64,000 bases of DNA, taken from assembly GCA_965204745.1 (NCBI GenBank), contig OZ242010.1, positions 832,001 to 896,000 on the forward strand. Direction: 5' to 3'. Positions 1 through 9,106 of this stretch are shown in pieces. This DNA is from Candidatus Latescibacterota bacterium. Its GTDB lineage: Bacteria > Latescibacterota > UBA2968. A program made the translations under genes and the position numbers. Numbering within the stretch: position 1 is the first letter of the stretch; each line of letters begins with the position of its first letter. A model generated the notes under the pieces. That model saw only the letters and a program-made list of their open reading frames with translations. It was not told the DNA's origin and did not search any database.

Positions 1-1460
1 AACAGTTCCTTAAACGCGGACAATTCGCCCTGTGAAACGTCGGCGGGGGCCTCGACAAGTCGATTCGATTCGCCGCCGCTCTGTGTTTCCATCCGATAGC
101 AAGTGCCCACGATGAGCAATCGGCGCCCCATACTTCGCAACGCAGATGCCAAATCCTCGTAGCGTTGCGGGGGTTGGCTGGCGTCGCAGATCAAGACCGT
201 CGCATTGGCTCCCAAGAGTTCGGTCTCTAAGCAGAATGCTTCGATGTCCGCGGGATTCGGTATCCGATTCGTCGCGACCACAACGGGCAGGCCCAGTTCG
301 CGGCGGATCTTTCGAGTCAGCCGTGCGAGCGCGATGCTCTTTCCGGTGCCCGACTGCCCATGCAGGATAATCACATCGTCGGAATCGACTTGCCCGAATT
401 TTTCCAACTTGTCGTTCACTGTTTGCCAAAGGGTTTGCTCGAACTCGCGCTCTACTGCAAACCCACGCGAGACGCCCTCCACCAGCAATCTGAAATTGCC
501 GAGCGTGCTGTGAAAGCGGCGGAATGCGTCGTATCGTTCTGAATCGCCCAAAGGCTCTAACTCTTCCGTCCATCCATCATCGACAATCGCCGCTGACGCT
601 TCCACTCGGAGCCGCAGGGCAGGCGTGATGTCCAGCACCGCTCCCTTGGAAAGCGACACCATGCCAGGATCGTCTGGGGCAACGGACCCCGCGATATCGA
701 GCACGCCGCGGATTTCGAGTTGGCTTATCGCGCTTGCAAGGCTCGTTTCGGTCGCGATGAGCGAACCGCGCTCGATCATCTCGTCAGCGAAGATCGAGTC
801 CAATTTTTCGGGACGACCAAACCAGAGAACCTTGGGGCCGATCGGGCCAGATAGCGGGGCCAATAGCGAATCTAACGGCATCCAATCCGCGCTTGGGCGG
901 TAGCCCGCTATGACCACCAAGCCATGCACTGTCGCGGTTTCCGCAATGCGGTTCAGCAATTCCGTCGCGTGCAGGCTAAGGCGGCGCGCCAGATCGCTTT
1001 GATTTCCGGGTGCTCGCGCATACGCGACGGTTTCATCGGATTTTCCAAAGAGATAGTGGATCGGCGACCTCGAGCGGCTACGCGGCACTTTCGCGTAGGT
1101 GTCTTTGGCAATCACCGTTTCGGGCTGTCGTCCCCTGGTCTCGAAACGCCGCGCAAACCGGGGATCGATAGACGAGGTGAACACCGCACTCCATGAGACA
1201 TCGAAGATCGCTGCGGCGGCGTCAGAGGGAACACATCGCTCAAACCGCTCGGAAATCCACGCCATGTCGGCCGCACTCAACCCCTGATTGAGCGCGGCGC
1301 GCCATCCCGAATCGCGGTCTGTGCATCCAACGCGAGCGAGGAGAGAATCGAGGATGGCATCGTTGGCAGAGTCGAAACTTTGGCCCGCGATCAGCACCAA
1401 GGGCTGCTTGTTCTGAAGGGCGCGAGTCAGTATTTCAATGGGATCGGTTGGTGAACTCAT
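1..1460 (-). CDS. Partial (runs off left edge) P-loop NTPase with possible SIR2-like N-terminal domain; STAND/Avs-like architecture
   Basis: Not in the ORF track, consistent with no stop inside the window. Manual translation from ATG 1460 gives MSSPTDPIEILTRALQNKQPLVLIAGQ...WSAVFTSSID...PIHYLFG...LVVIAGY; Walker A VIILHGQSGTGKS near 337-375 is in the same frame, followed by a Walker-B-like VLICD. Confidence 0.65.
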   Translation of the reverse strand, partial: MSSPTDPIEILTRALQNKQPLVLIAGQSFDSANDAILDSLLARVGCTDRDSGWRAALNQGLSAADMAWISERFERCVPSDAAAAIFDVSWSAVFTSSIDPRFARRFETRGRQPETVIAKDTYAKVPRSRSRSPIHYLFGKSDETVAYARAPGNQSDLARRLSLHATELLNRIAETATVHGLVVIAGYRPSADWMPLDSLLAPLSGPIGPKVLWFGRPEKLDSIFADEMIERGSLIATETSLASAISQLEIRGVLDIAGSVAPDDPGMVSLSKGAVLDITPALRLRVEASAAIVDDGWTEELEPLGDSERYDAFRRFHSTLGNFRLLVEGVSRGFAVEREFEQTLWQTVNDKLEKFGQVDSDDVIILHGQSGTGKSIALARLTRKIRRELGLPVVVATNRIPNPADIEAFCLETELLGANATVLICDASQPPQRYEDLASALRSMGRRLLIVGTCYRMETQSGGESNRLVEAPADVSQGELSAFKEL

Positions 1461-1553
1461 GGTATATCTCTCTGTGTGAGGTTGAACAAAAATGATGGAT
1501 GGATTTTGCCATAGCCTACTTGTGGGCTTCGCACCGCGCCCCGCTCGTGTCTT

Positions 1554-2948
1554 TCAAGAGTAGGGGGCTATAATTGTAGTCCCCTGCTCCCGCCCACCAT
1601 GACGCCGCAACAACGCGGCTGTCTCATGAGCATTCTCCTGCACCGCAAGGTGCAAGGGCGTTGTGCCATCATCGTCCCTCGCGTTGACGTCGGTGCCGTG
1701 CTTGAGCAAAACCTCGGCGGTCTCATGAGCGTTCTGAACCGCCGCATCGTGCAAGGGTGTTGTGCCATCATCTTCCCGCGCGTTGACGTCGGCGCCGTGC
1801 TTGAGCAAAACCTCAACTGTCTCATGAGCGTTCTGAACCGCCGCATCGTGCAAGGGTGTAGAGCCCTCATCGTCCATCGCGTTGACGTCGGCGCCGTGCT
1901 TGAGCAAAACCTCGGCGGTCTCATGAGCGTTCTGAACCGCCGCATCGTGCAAGGGTGTAGAGCCCTCATCGTCCATCGCGTTGACGTCGGCGCCGTGCTT
2001 GAGCAAAACCTCGACTGTCTCATGAGCGTTCTCATACGCCGCATCGTGCAAGGGTGTAGAGCCATCATCGTCTGCATCGTCCAACTCGGCACGCCATTCG
2101 GACGCACTTTGCGGGCGATCTGATTCATCGACTTGCAGCGCGTGATCGATGGCGGCGAGAAATTGATGACTCGCGTGACCCTTGCAGCGTTCCGAAACCG
2201 GAATCAGCGGATCGTCGATCATCCTGTCCACCGCATCCGTGGGCACTTCAGCGGTCAATGCGCGGTAGCATACCCCGCCGAGAGCGTAAATGTCCGTCCA
2301 AGGCCCCTGATTGCCTCGGCTCGAATACTGCTCGCGCGGCGCGTATCCCGGCGTCACAACGGACGTTATCGAACGGCTCTTGGCCCCTATCGCCAGGCGC
2401 GCCGCGCCAAAGTCCAACAACACGGGCGAATCGTCCTCGGCTCGGATGATGATGTTGGCAGGCTTGATGTCGCGATGCAAAAAATCGGCCCGATGCACCA
2501 CCTCCAAGCCGTCGAGGAGCGGATGCAGAATCGCTTTGAGTTCTGCCTCGGTCAAGACGCCCTTGCGGTTGAGAAAGTCCGACAAGGTCTCGCCCTCGGC
2601 GTATTCCATCACGATATACGCCGTGCTGTTCGCTAAAAAAAAATGATGCACGCGCACGATGTTCGGATGTTGAAAGCGCGCCAAAATTCGGGCTTCGTCG
2701 ATAAAGCGATCCAGGCCCCACTGAAAATCCGCCGTCGCCTGAGACGATTGCGGCACCACGCACCAGTCGCTTTCGCGGGTGGCGAGGTCCGCAGGCAAGT
2801 ACTCCTTGATCGCCACGGGAATATCCAGCGCGAGATTCCAGCCGAGGTAGGTGATGCCAAACCCACCGTGCCCGAGGACGCGGTGAAATTCAAAATCCCC
2901 GATGCGCGTCCCTGTTGGCAGGGCCAATTTGTGTTGTGTTTCGTTCAC
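1554..2948 (-). CDS. Ser/Thr protein kinase with C-terminal ankyrin repeats
   Basis: GHGGFG loop, VAIKE, HRDIKPAN, DFG, PGYAPREQ, D-I-Y-A-L-G, then 5 x 33-aa TPLHxAA...LLKHGADVN repeats. Confidence 0.95.
   Translation of the reverse strand: MNETQHKLALPTGTRIGDFEFHRVLGHGGFGITYLGWNLALDIPVAIKEYLPADLATRESDWCVVPQSSQATADFQWGLDRFIDEARILARFQHPNIVRVHHFFLANSTAYIVMEYAEGETLSDFLNRKGVLTEAELKAILHPLLDGLEVVHRADFLHRDIKPANIIIRAEDDSPVLLDFGAARLAIGAKSRSITSVVTPGYAPREQYSSRGNQGPWTDIYALGGVCYRALTAEVPTDAVDRMIDDPLIPVSERCKGHASHQFLAAIDHALQVDESDRPQSASEWRAELDDADDDGSTPLHDAAYENAHETVEVLLKHGADVNAMDDEGSTPLHDAAVQNAHETAEVLLKHGADVNAMDDEGSTPLHDAAVQNAHETVEVLLKHGADVNAREDDGTTPLHDAAVQNAHETAEVLLKHGTDVNARDDDGTTPLHLAVQENAHETAALLRRHGGREQGTTIIAPYS
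1600..2075 (-). repeat. Five tandem 99-bp ankyrin-coding repeats
   Basis: GCAAGGG...CATCATC units recur with a 99-bp period. Confidence 0.9.
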
Positions 2949-2956
2949 GATATCTC

Positions 2957-3685
2957 CTATCTCTCACCGCCTACCACCTGCAAAATCATCCGCACGGCGA
3001 GGAGTGTGACCAGCCATTTTAGGGCCGTGCGAAAGGCACGCTCGGGCACGCGCCCGCGGATTTTCGTGCCCAGATACGACCCGACAGATGCCGAGGCGAT
3101 CATGCCTGCGACCAATTTCCAATAGGGTGCAAACGCAAAGCCCAACAAGCCAAAGGTCAAAATTTTCAGCGCGTGGCTCGAGGTCATCTGAACCGAATGC
3201 GTGATCACCGTGCGGTCGCGGGGCAGATTTTCGCGCAACAGCAGCGGCATATTGAGCGGGCCATTCACGCCCACAAACAGGGACAACGCGGTTTGAAACG
3301 CGCCCAACAGCGCGAATTTCCCGGGCAAAGCCGGCGCGCTTGAAACCCCGGGCATCCATGTAATTAACAAAATAAAAACCCCTAAGAAAAGGGGCATGAT
3401 TTCCCATTCAAAATCCGCGAGAAAACGCGACCCCAACAGCGCGCCTATTGCCGCGCCGCCCGCGTATTGCCCCACGATGCGCCAATCCGTATGCCGCAGG
3501 CCCAACAGCGCGCGGCTCAGGTTGCTGGCAATTTGCACCGAGCCGTGAATCGGGATAATCGCGGCCGCGGGCAAAAATCCCGGCATTATGGCGATGAGCA
3601 CCACGCCGCCGCCAATGCCGCCCACAGCCGCGATCATCGACGTCACACACGCGGCCCCGATCAAAAACCAATCTGCGCTTGCCAT
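2957..3685 (-). CDS. Sulfite exporter TauE/SafE family membrane protein
   Basis: GGIGGG motif in the first helix, highly hydrophobic, 242 aa, GSYLG near the C-terminus. Confidence 0.85.
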   Translation of the reverse strand: MASADWFLIGAACVTSMIAAVGGIGGGVVLIAIMPGFLPAAAIIPIHGSVQIASNLSRALLGLRHTDWRIVGQYAGGAAIGALLGSRFLADFEWEIMPLFLGVFILLITWMPGVSSAPALPGKFALLGAFQTALSLFVGVNGPLNMPLLLRENLPRDRTVITHSVQMTSSHALKILTFGLLGFAFAPYWKLVAGMIASASVGSYLGTKIRGRVPERAFRTALKWLVTLLAVRMILQVVGGER

Positions 3686-3692
3686 GCGATTC

Positions 3693-5120
3693 TCACCACG
3701 TCATATAATGCGTCGTCTGGTCGTCCGAAAAGCGATCATAGCGCGGGTGGATAAAATCCTCGGTGGCATCCATGTGGGCGTAAAATGCGCGTTGCATCTC
3801 GTTGCGCTGTTGCGGTTGGGCGTCGTACAAATTGTCCAATTCAAAGGGATCGTCGATCAAATTGTACAACTCGCCGTAAGGTTTTGCCGGATAGTGGATG
3901 TACTTCCACGCTCGCGTGCGGATGCAGCGTTTATCCACGGCTTCGGCAAAAACCGTATCCCGCACCTCTGCTTGTTCGCCACGCATCAGCGGCGACAAAT
4001 CGACGCCTTGCACGCATTCGGGCGCGTCAACCCCGGCCAACTGCGCGAGGGTGGGAAACAAGTCCACGCTCTCGACCAACGCGTCGCAAGTGCGGCCCGC
4101 ATGCCCGGGCACGGCGATAAAACACGGCACCTGCAACATGCAATCCAACAGAAACGGCGCCTTGGCCGGAATCCCGTGATCCCCCAAAAACTCGCCGTGA
4201 TCCGATAAAAACACCACGATGGTCTCATCGGCTATGCCCTTTTGTTCGAGCGCGTCCATAATCAGCCCCACCTGCCAGTCGATCTGCGACACCATGCCGT
4301 AATACGCCGCCTTCATCTCGCGAAAGGTCGCATCGGAAGCGCGGTCAAACCCGCGGTACTTGTGGTGTTCCGCCTTGAAATACAAAGCGTATTCGGGCGG
4401 CTTTTTGGCAATGTCGTCCTCTGCACGGCGAAAGGGCGGCACGTCATTGGGATCGTACATCCTTGCAAAACGCCCAGATGGCACATAAGGGTGGTGCGGC
4501 CCGTAGAAGCCCACCCACAGGAAAAAGGGATCGCTGGTATCCAGCCCTTCGAGGTACTCGATGCTCTTCATCCCCACGTACGCATCGAGGTGGCAATCTT
4601 CGGGCAGATCGGATGGCACGGCGCCGAGGTTGTCGCGGAAATTGGGCAGGGCATAGCCGGTTCGATACTCGTATCCCCGCTGGCGAACGTATTGCTCAAA
4701 CGGATTGGGATCGGTCACGGTATAATCCCCATCTGCCCGCTCTTTCCACCCCCGCCGAATCCCCACGGCGTCCAGGTGGTCGAGCATCTGCTGAAAACGC
4801 TGTTGCCCAATGCCGTGCTTGCCCACGCTCGCGGTTGTGTACCCCCGGTTCTTGAACGCCTCCACCATCGTAATTTCGTGTTCGCCGAGCTTTGACCCAT
4901 TCCATTTCACGCCGTGATTTTTGGGATAACGCCCGGTCATAAACGACGCCCGCGATGGCGAACACACGGGGTTTTGCACAAAGCACTTTGAAAACCGCGT
5001 GCTCCTTTCGGACAGGGCGTCTATCGCAGGCGTTTGCACGAGCGGGTCGCCCGTGTATCCCAGGGTGTCGCAGCGCAGATGGTCTGTGGTAATAAACAAG
5101 ATATTGGGCCGTTTCATCAT
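3693..5120 (-). CDS. Cys-type (formylglycine) sulfatase
   Basis: PNILFITTDH, CSPSRASFMTGRY, GKH, PHHP, SDHGE. Confidence 0.95.
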   Translation of the reverse strand: MMKRPNILFITTDHLRCDTLGYTGDPLVQTPAIDALSERSTRFSKCFVQNPVCSPSRASFMTGRYPKNHGVKWNGSKLGEHEITMVEAFKNRGYTTASVGKHGIGQQRFQQMLDHLDAVGIRRGWKERADGDYTVTDPNPFEQYVRQRGYEYRTGYALPNFRDNLGAVPSDLPEDCHLDAYVGMKSIEYLEGLDTSDPFFLWVGFYGPHHPYVPSGRFARMYDPNDVPPFRRAEDDIAKKPPEYALYFKAEHHKYRGFDRASDATFREMKAAYYGMVSQIDWQVGLIMDALEQKGIADETIVVFLSDHGEFLGDHGIPAKAPFLLDCMLQVPCFIAVPGHAGRTCDALVESVDLFPTLAQLAGVDAPECVQGVDLSPLMRGEQAEVRDTVFAEAVDKRCIRTRAWKYIHYPAKPYGELYNLIDDPFELDNLYDAQPQQRNEMQRAFYAHMDATEDFIHPRYDRFSDDQTTHYMTW

Positions 5121-5869
5121 CGCATCCCCCGCAATAAATCATCGCTCGCCACGGTTGGACACCAGAACTTTTCGATAAACCCGATCACCAGTTGCGTGCC
5201 CGCTTCATGGCTCACATAAGGCGGCTTTGCCGGGTTGTACATCGCATCGGTCAAATCGCGGATCAGCGCGACCCGCACGCCCCAGCGCGTCATTTGCTTG
5301 ATGCCAAACGTGCGGTGCAACACGCACATATTGGTATGCACGCCCATGATGAGCATTTTGTCGATGCCCCGCTGTTGCATGTACCTGTAAATTTCGATGC
5401 CCTGATCGGAAATGACATCGCGCTCGTGGTCGATATCGATCCCGGCGTGTTGCCGCGTCCAAACCCGCGTGTCGATCTTGTTGGGGTCTTCTCCGGTGTC
5501 TGACCCGCCATCCGAATCGTCGATGGGCAACGGGGGATCCGCGCGTTCAAAATCCTCGGGCGGATCCACGGGCCGCACGTCCAAAACCCGTTTTCGCGCA
5601 GGCGTATCGGCATACGCATCGAGCGTGTTCGACGGCGCGTGAACGATGGTCGCGCCACGGTCGCGCACGCTTTTGACCACCGCGTTCATGCGGGGAATCA
5701 TCGCCTCCAATCGCTCGACCGCCCCTCGGCACCAATGGTTGTTCCACACATCGCACAACAACAGGGCCGTTTGCTCGCCCGGCCAGTTGACCCGCTCGCT
5801 GTTCATTTGCCAAACAGCGCGTTCGCTGTCATCCCACGACAAGGTCTGTTGCTGCATGGTCAAGTTCAC
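5117..5869 (-). CDS. Isochorismatase-like cysteine hydrolase
   Basis: TALLLCDVW and MGVHTNMCV; GTG start at 5869 after GGAGG (the track's 6091 start overlaps the upstream gene). Confidence 0.8.
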   Translation of the reverse strand: MNLTMQQQTLSWDDSERAVWQMNSERVNWPGEQTALLLCDVWNNHWCRGAVERLEAMIPRMNAVVKSVRDRGATIVHAPSNTLDAYADTPARKRVLDVRPVDPPEDFERADPPLPIDDSDGGSDTGEDPNKIDTRVWTRQHAGIDIDHERDVISDQGIEIYRYMQQRGIDKMLIMGVHTNMCVLHRTFGIKQMTRWGVRVALIRDLTDAMYNPAKPPYVSHEAGTQLVIGFIEKFWCPTVASDDLLRGMR

Positions 5870-5910
5870 GATACACCTCCTATCAGGGGTCTGCGGTTGT
5901 GAAACCCAGC

Positions 5911-6705
5911 TCAATACCTCTCGTCGACCAACCACGCGCTTTCGGGATTCTTTTTCCAGTATTGGCGCAACACCTGTTCGTTTGGGCAAAATTCCCCGCG
6001 ATACGCAACGCCCCCGTGGGAGATATTGATGCTCATGGCGACCTCGTCCTCGCCTGCATCGACCCAGTGGGGCGTCAACAACTGGTTCCACAGCACGTCG
6101 CCAGGCCGCATATCGTAGGTCAAAATTTCTGCGGGATCGATTTCCGGAATCGCAATGCGCGTAATGCCCATGCGATCCGCCACGAGTTTTTCAACGGGTT
6201 CGCGGTTGCCCGGCTCTAAAAACCCGTGAAAGTGTTTTTCGCCATACACTTGGTACGCCAGCACATGCGAGGAATCCGCGTGATAGGTGGAGCGGCACCC
6301 TTTGCCAGAAAGAAAAATAATGGGATAACACCTTTGCCACGTCAACCCGAGTTGCGACAAAAATGCGCGCCAGGGAATCATCACGCAGTCTTGAAAATGC
6401 GCGAGAAATTGCCCCTCGGCATAAAAATTCTGCAAGTGAAAATGCGCCAAACTCACCGGCATCTCGACCGCTTCTTCGATGGGCGCGGCTTTGAATTTTT
6501 CGACCAGCCCGTTTTGCTCGGCATCGCTCAACCCGTCGTCCAAAAATTGAATGCGCGCCTCGGCATCGCGCCGCAAAATATCCACGACCTCCGCAACCGG
6601 AACCAGCGGCAGTTCAAATTGGAACAACTCGGCATCGAGCAAAAAATTGCGCTCGCCATTCCAAAGTCGGCGGAAATCATCCGCTGTCTTGGCGATGAGG
6701 TGCAT
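5911..6705 (-). CDS. JmjC/cupin-like Fe(II)/2-oxoglutarate oxygenase
   Basis: HAD (HxD), YQVYGEK, PGDVLW...PHWV. Confidence 0.7.
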   Translation of the reverse strand: MHLIAKTADDFRRLWNGERNFLLDAELFQFELPLVPVAEVVDILRRDAEARIQFLDDGLSDAEQNGLVEKFKAAPIEEAVEMPVSLAHFHLQNFYAEGQFLAHFQDCVMIPWRAFLSQLGLTWQRCYPIIFLSGKGCRSTYHADSSHVLAYQVYGEKHFHGFLEPGNREPVEKLVADRMGITRIAIPEIDPAEILTYDMRPGDVLWNQLLTPHWVDAGEDEVAMSINISHGGVAYRGEFCPNEQVLRQYWKKNPESAWLVDERY

Positions 6706-6774
6706 TGCACACTCCTTTGTTGTGAGTAAGAGGGGAGAGGCAAGAGGTAAGAGGTAAGATACTCTCTTAAAAGG

Positions 6775-7782
6775 TCAAGGGGTTTTCGGGGTGATTCGAT
6801 AGAATTTTTCGCCCTCAAAATCTTGGTCATGGCGCAACATGCCCCAGATCGAATGGAGCAACTTTCGCATCACCGCAACGATAGCCTGCAAAGGTTTCTT
6901 GCCGCGGGCGATGAGTTGGTCATAGAAGGCTTTGACATGGCCTTCGTGTCTGATGGCCACCCAGGCAGGCATATAGAGGGCATGGCGGAGGTACTTATTC
7001 CCGGTTTTCGAGATGCGTCTTTGTGGATTGGCGGTTCCGGATTGTTTGGGTTTGGGATCCAGGCCTGCATGTGCGACCCACTGGGGCGGTTGCATCTCCT
7101 CTGGCAAAAGGGTCAACTCGGCCAAGAGCCGCAAGGCACTCGTTTGCGCGATGCCAGGCGTCGAGCAGAGGCGTTGGTAGGCACGCTTGAGGGGCTCATC
7201 GTGCAAAACGAGATCGAGGGCTTGGCTTTCCAAGTATGCAATCCGGCGTTTGAAGTGTCGAATATTCACCTGAATATCGCGTGCGATGAGACGTGTGCTG
7301 CGGATGTGGTAGCTCTGCGCGTGGTTGCGGCTCTGTTCGCGGATGATCTCCTGCTTGAGTTGGTCAATGCGTCTGGTGAGGGCTTGCAGTTGAAGCCGTT
7401 GCTCGCTCGGCGCTTGCCAAGGCACAAAAGGCATGCGCTCGGCATAGTCGAGGATCAACAACGCATCCTTCGCATCCGTCTTCGCCCGTTGCATGCAGGC
7501 TTGGGCGTACTTGCTCATCGCTTTGGGATTGACGACCATGACCTTTGTGTGGCGATGCCGATGCAAGGCCAAGGCCACCCCCAAACTGTAAAGCCCGGTC
7601 GCTTCGAGGCACACAGAGACCATGTGCCCGCCCTTCGTGAGCCACTTCAGCAACCGCTTATGCGCTTGGGGATCATTGGCAAAGGTCGCTTGCATGACAG
7701 CTTGTCCGGGTCTGGACAGGGCAACGGACAACGTGCGGGCACTGACATCAATGCCGGCAAAAGCGGGGTGAGATTTCGACAT
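6775..7782 (-). CDS. IS110 DEDD recombinase/transposase
   Basis: GIDVS, LEATG, KTDAKDA, PGIA, AGLDP..QSG, SKTGN..LR.ALY, AVMRKL; GGAGG before ATG 7782. Confidence 0.97.
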   Translation of the reverse strand: MSKSHPAFAGIDVSARTLSVALSRPGQAVMQATFANDPQAHKRLLKWLTKGGHMVSVCLEATGLYSLGVALALHRHRHTKVMVVNPKAMSKYAQACMQRAKTDAKDALLILDYAERMPFVPWQAPSEQRLQLQALTRRIDQLKQEIIREQSRNHAQSYHIRSTRLIARDIQVNIRHFKRRIAYLESQALDLVLHDEPLKRAYQRLCSTPGIAQTSALRLLAELTLLPEEMQPPQWVAHAGLDPKPKQSGTANPQRRISKTGNKYLRHALYMPAWVAIRHEGHVKAFYDQLIARGKKPLQAIVAVMRKLLHSIWGMLRHDQDFEGEKFYRITPKTP

Positions 7783-7849
7783 GGGGGCCTCCTGTGATGA
7801 GGGGGTTGTAAGGGATCTGGTGCGCGCTCGGGGTCGCGTCCCGACCATT

Positions 7850-8030
7850 GACGCCAAGTCTACCGGTCTTGTATATGCAGCCTCAAGGGGCTTAGATACT
7901 CTTCGGCATAGACCCGGCGGTCGGGGGGCCTATCTTACCTACAAGGTCATCGCCTTCAAGAGGGGCCGGCCTTCCCCGAGCCGGGCATCAAGATGGCTTA
8001 TCTCGATACGAGGGCGCAACTCCTAATTAA
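7850..8030 (-). ncRNA. IS110 bridge RNA (left-end non-coding region); ends approximate
   Basis: Two internal loops closed by stems. LTG GGCCCCTCT (7967-7959), RTG AGGTAAGA (7940-7933), LDG AGAGTATCT (7902-7894) and RDG ATACAAG (7874-7868) match the element's flanks and ends. Confidence 0.88.
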
Positions 8031-8051
8031 CCCTTACTTCCAAGATACAAG

Positions 8052-8240
8052 AGGGGAGAGGCAAGAGGCAAGAGGTGAAAGGCAAAAAGCGAAACGCAAA
8101 AGGGGAGAGGAGTGGCCCTCTCACGTCTTGCCTCTACCTTCTCACCTTTTTTGATTGTCCTTCTTCCGTCTTGCCTCTACCTTCTCACCTTTTTTGATTG
8201 TCCTTCTCCCGTCTTACCTCTGCCTTCTCACCTTTTTGGG
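8052..8240. repeat. Purine/pyrimidine-skewed 7-bp periodic repeat tract, continuing 6727-6756 across the IS110, followed by an inverted, duplicated tract
   Basis: AAGAGGC/GAGAGGC/AAGAGGT-type units; GTCTTGCCTCTACCTTCTCACCTTTTT repeated about 3 times in 8125-8237. Confidence 0.8.
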
Positions 8241-8636
8241 ATGTAGGGGCGATGCTTCGCCCTAAGATACAAGAGGCTATCTTGGGCATGACAGGTTCCC
8301 GGTGAGAAAGGGTGCGTTTTGGAGGTGACAAACAGGCCCAATTTACGAAGGGGCCCGTCTTTTTGCAACCCCCAAACAGCGAGCAATAGCATTTATGCAA
8401 CAACGCCCCAAGTAGAAGTAAAATTTTGCATCCTGAATCAGATTCATCATACGCATTGCATTCGAGCACTTGGTCTTGTATCTTAGACCAACTGCTGTTG
8501 GTCTAAGATGATGCAATATGCCGAGCGCGAGCGATCCCCTTGACGTTCCGCAGTCATTCAAAAATGCCATCCCAAAAGACCGTCAGATAAAACCATCACG
8601 CACAGCGTGCAAGGCCGTTTTCCATTGGAGCATACC

Positions 8637-9074
8637 GTGATTCTGAACGCCAAGGACATACAAAAAATTCTTCCGCACCGCTATCCCTTTCTGCTGGTGG
8701 ATCGCGTGACCGAATTGATCCCCGGCGAGCGGTTGGTCGCGTACAAAAATGTGGCGGCGAATGAGCCGTTCTTCCAAGGGCATTTCCCCGGCAATCCGGT
8801 CATGCCGGGCGTGCTCATCGTCGAAGCCCTCGCGCAGGCCGCGGCGATTTTGATGAGCGATGGGCGAGAGAGCGATTTGGTTCCCCTGTTCATGGGCATC
8901 GACAAAGCGCGTTTCAGACAGCAGGTCGTGCCCGGCGATCAGCTACAACTCGAAGTTGAAGTCGGGCAAAGACGCCGCAATGTGTGCAAGGGCCGCGGCA
9001 AAGCCACAGTCGATGGCAAAGTCGCCGCAGAAGCCGAATTGATGGCCCTGTTCGCGCGGCGCGAAGATCTGTAA
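8637..9074 (+). CDS. fabZ: 3-hydroxyacyl-ACP dehydratase
   Basis: [12 protein letters not shown] and [20 protein letters not shown]; GTG start after GGAG. Confidence 0.97.
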   Translation: MILNAKDIQKILPHRYPFLLVDRVTELIPGERLVAYKNVAANEPFFQGHFPGNPVMPGVLIVEALAQAAAILMSDGRESDLVPLFMGIDKARFRQQVVPGDQLQLEVEVGQRRRNVCKGRGKATVDGKVAAEAELMALFARREDL

Positions 9075-9106
9075 CTGAAGTCTTTCCCTGATTTTAGGAG
9101 ATTAGA

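Larger units (their letters stand above)
6757..8051 (-). mobile_element. Intact IS110-family (IS621-like) insertion sequence bounded by CT cores
   Basis: Minus strand: left junction CTCCCCT-CT-TGTATCTT (core 8051-8050); right junction AGAGTAT-CT-TACCTC (core 6758-6757). Reconstituted donor AGAGTATCTTGTAT resembles the IS621 donor ACAGTATCTTGTAT. Confidence 0.9.

Noticed and set aside
6756-8048. AAGATAC 7-bp direct repeat as an IS110 target-site duplication
   Set aside because: The bridge-RNA guides place the left core at 8050-8051; the second GTATCTT is inside the left end. IS110 elements do not make classical TSDs.
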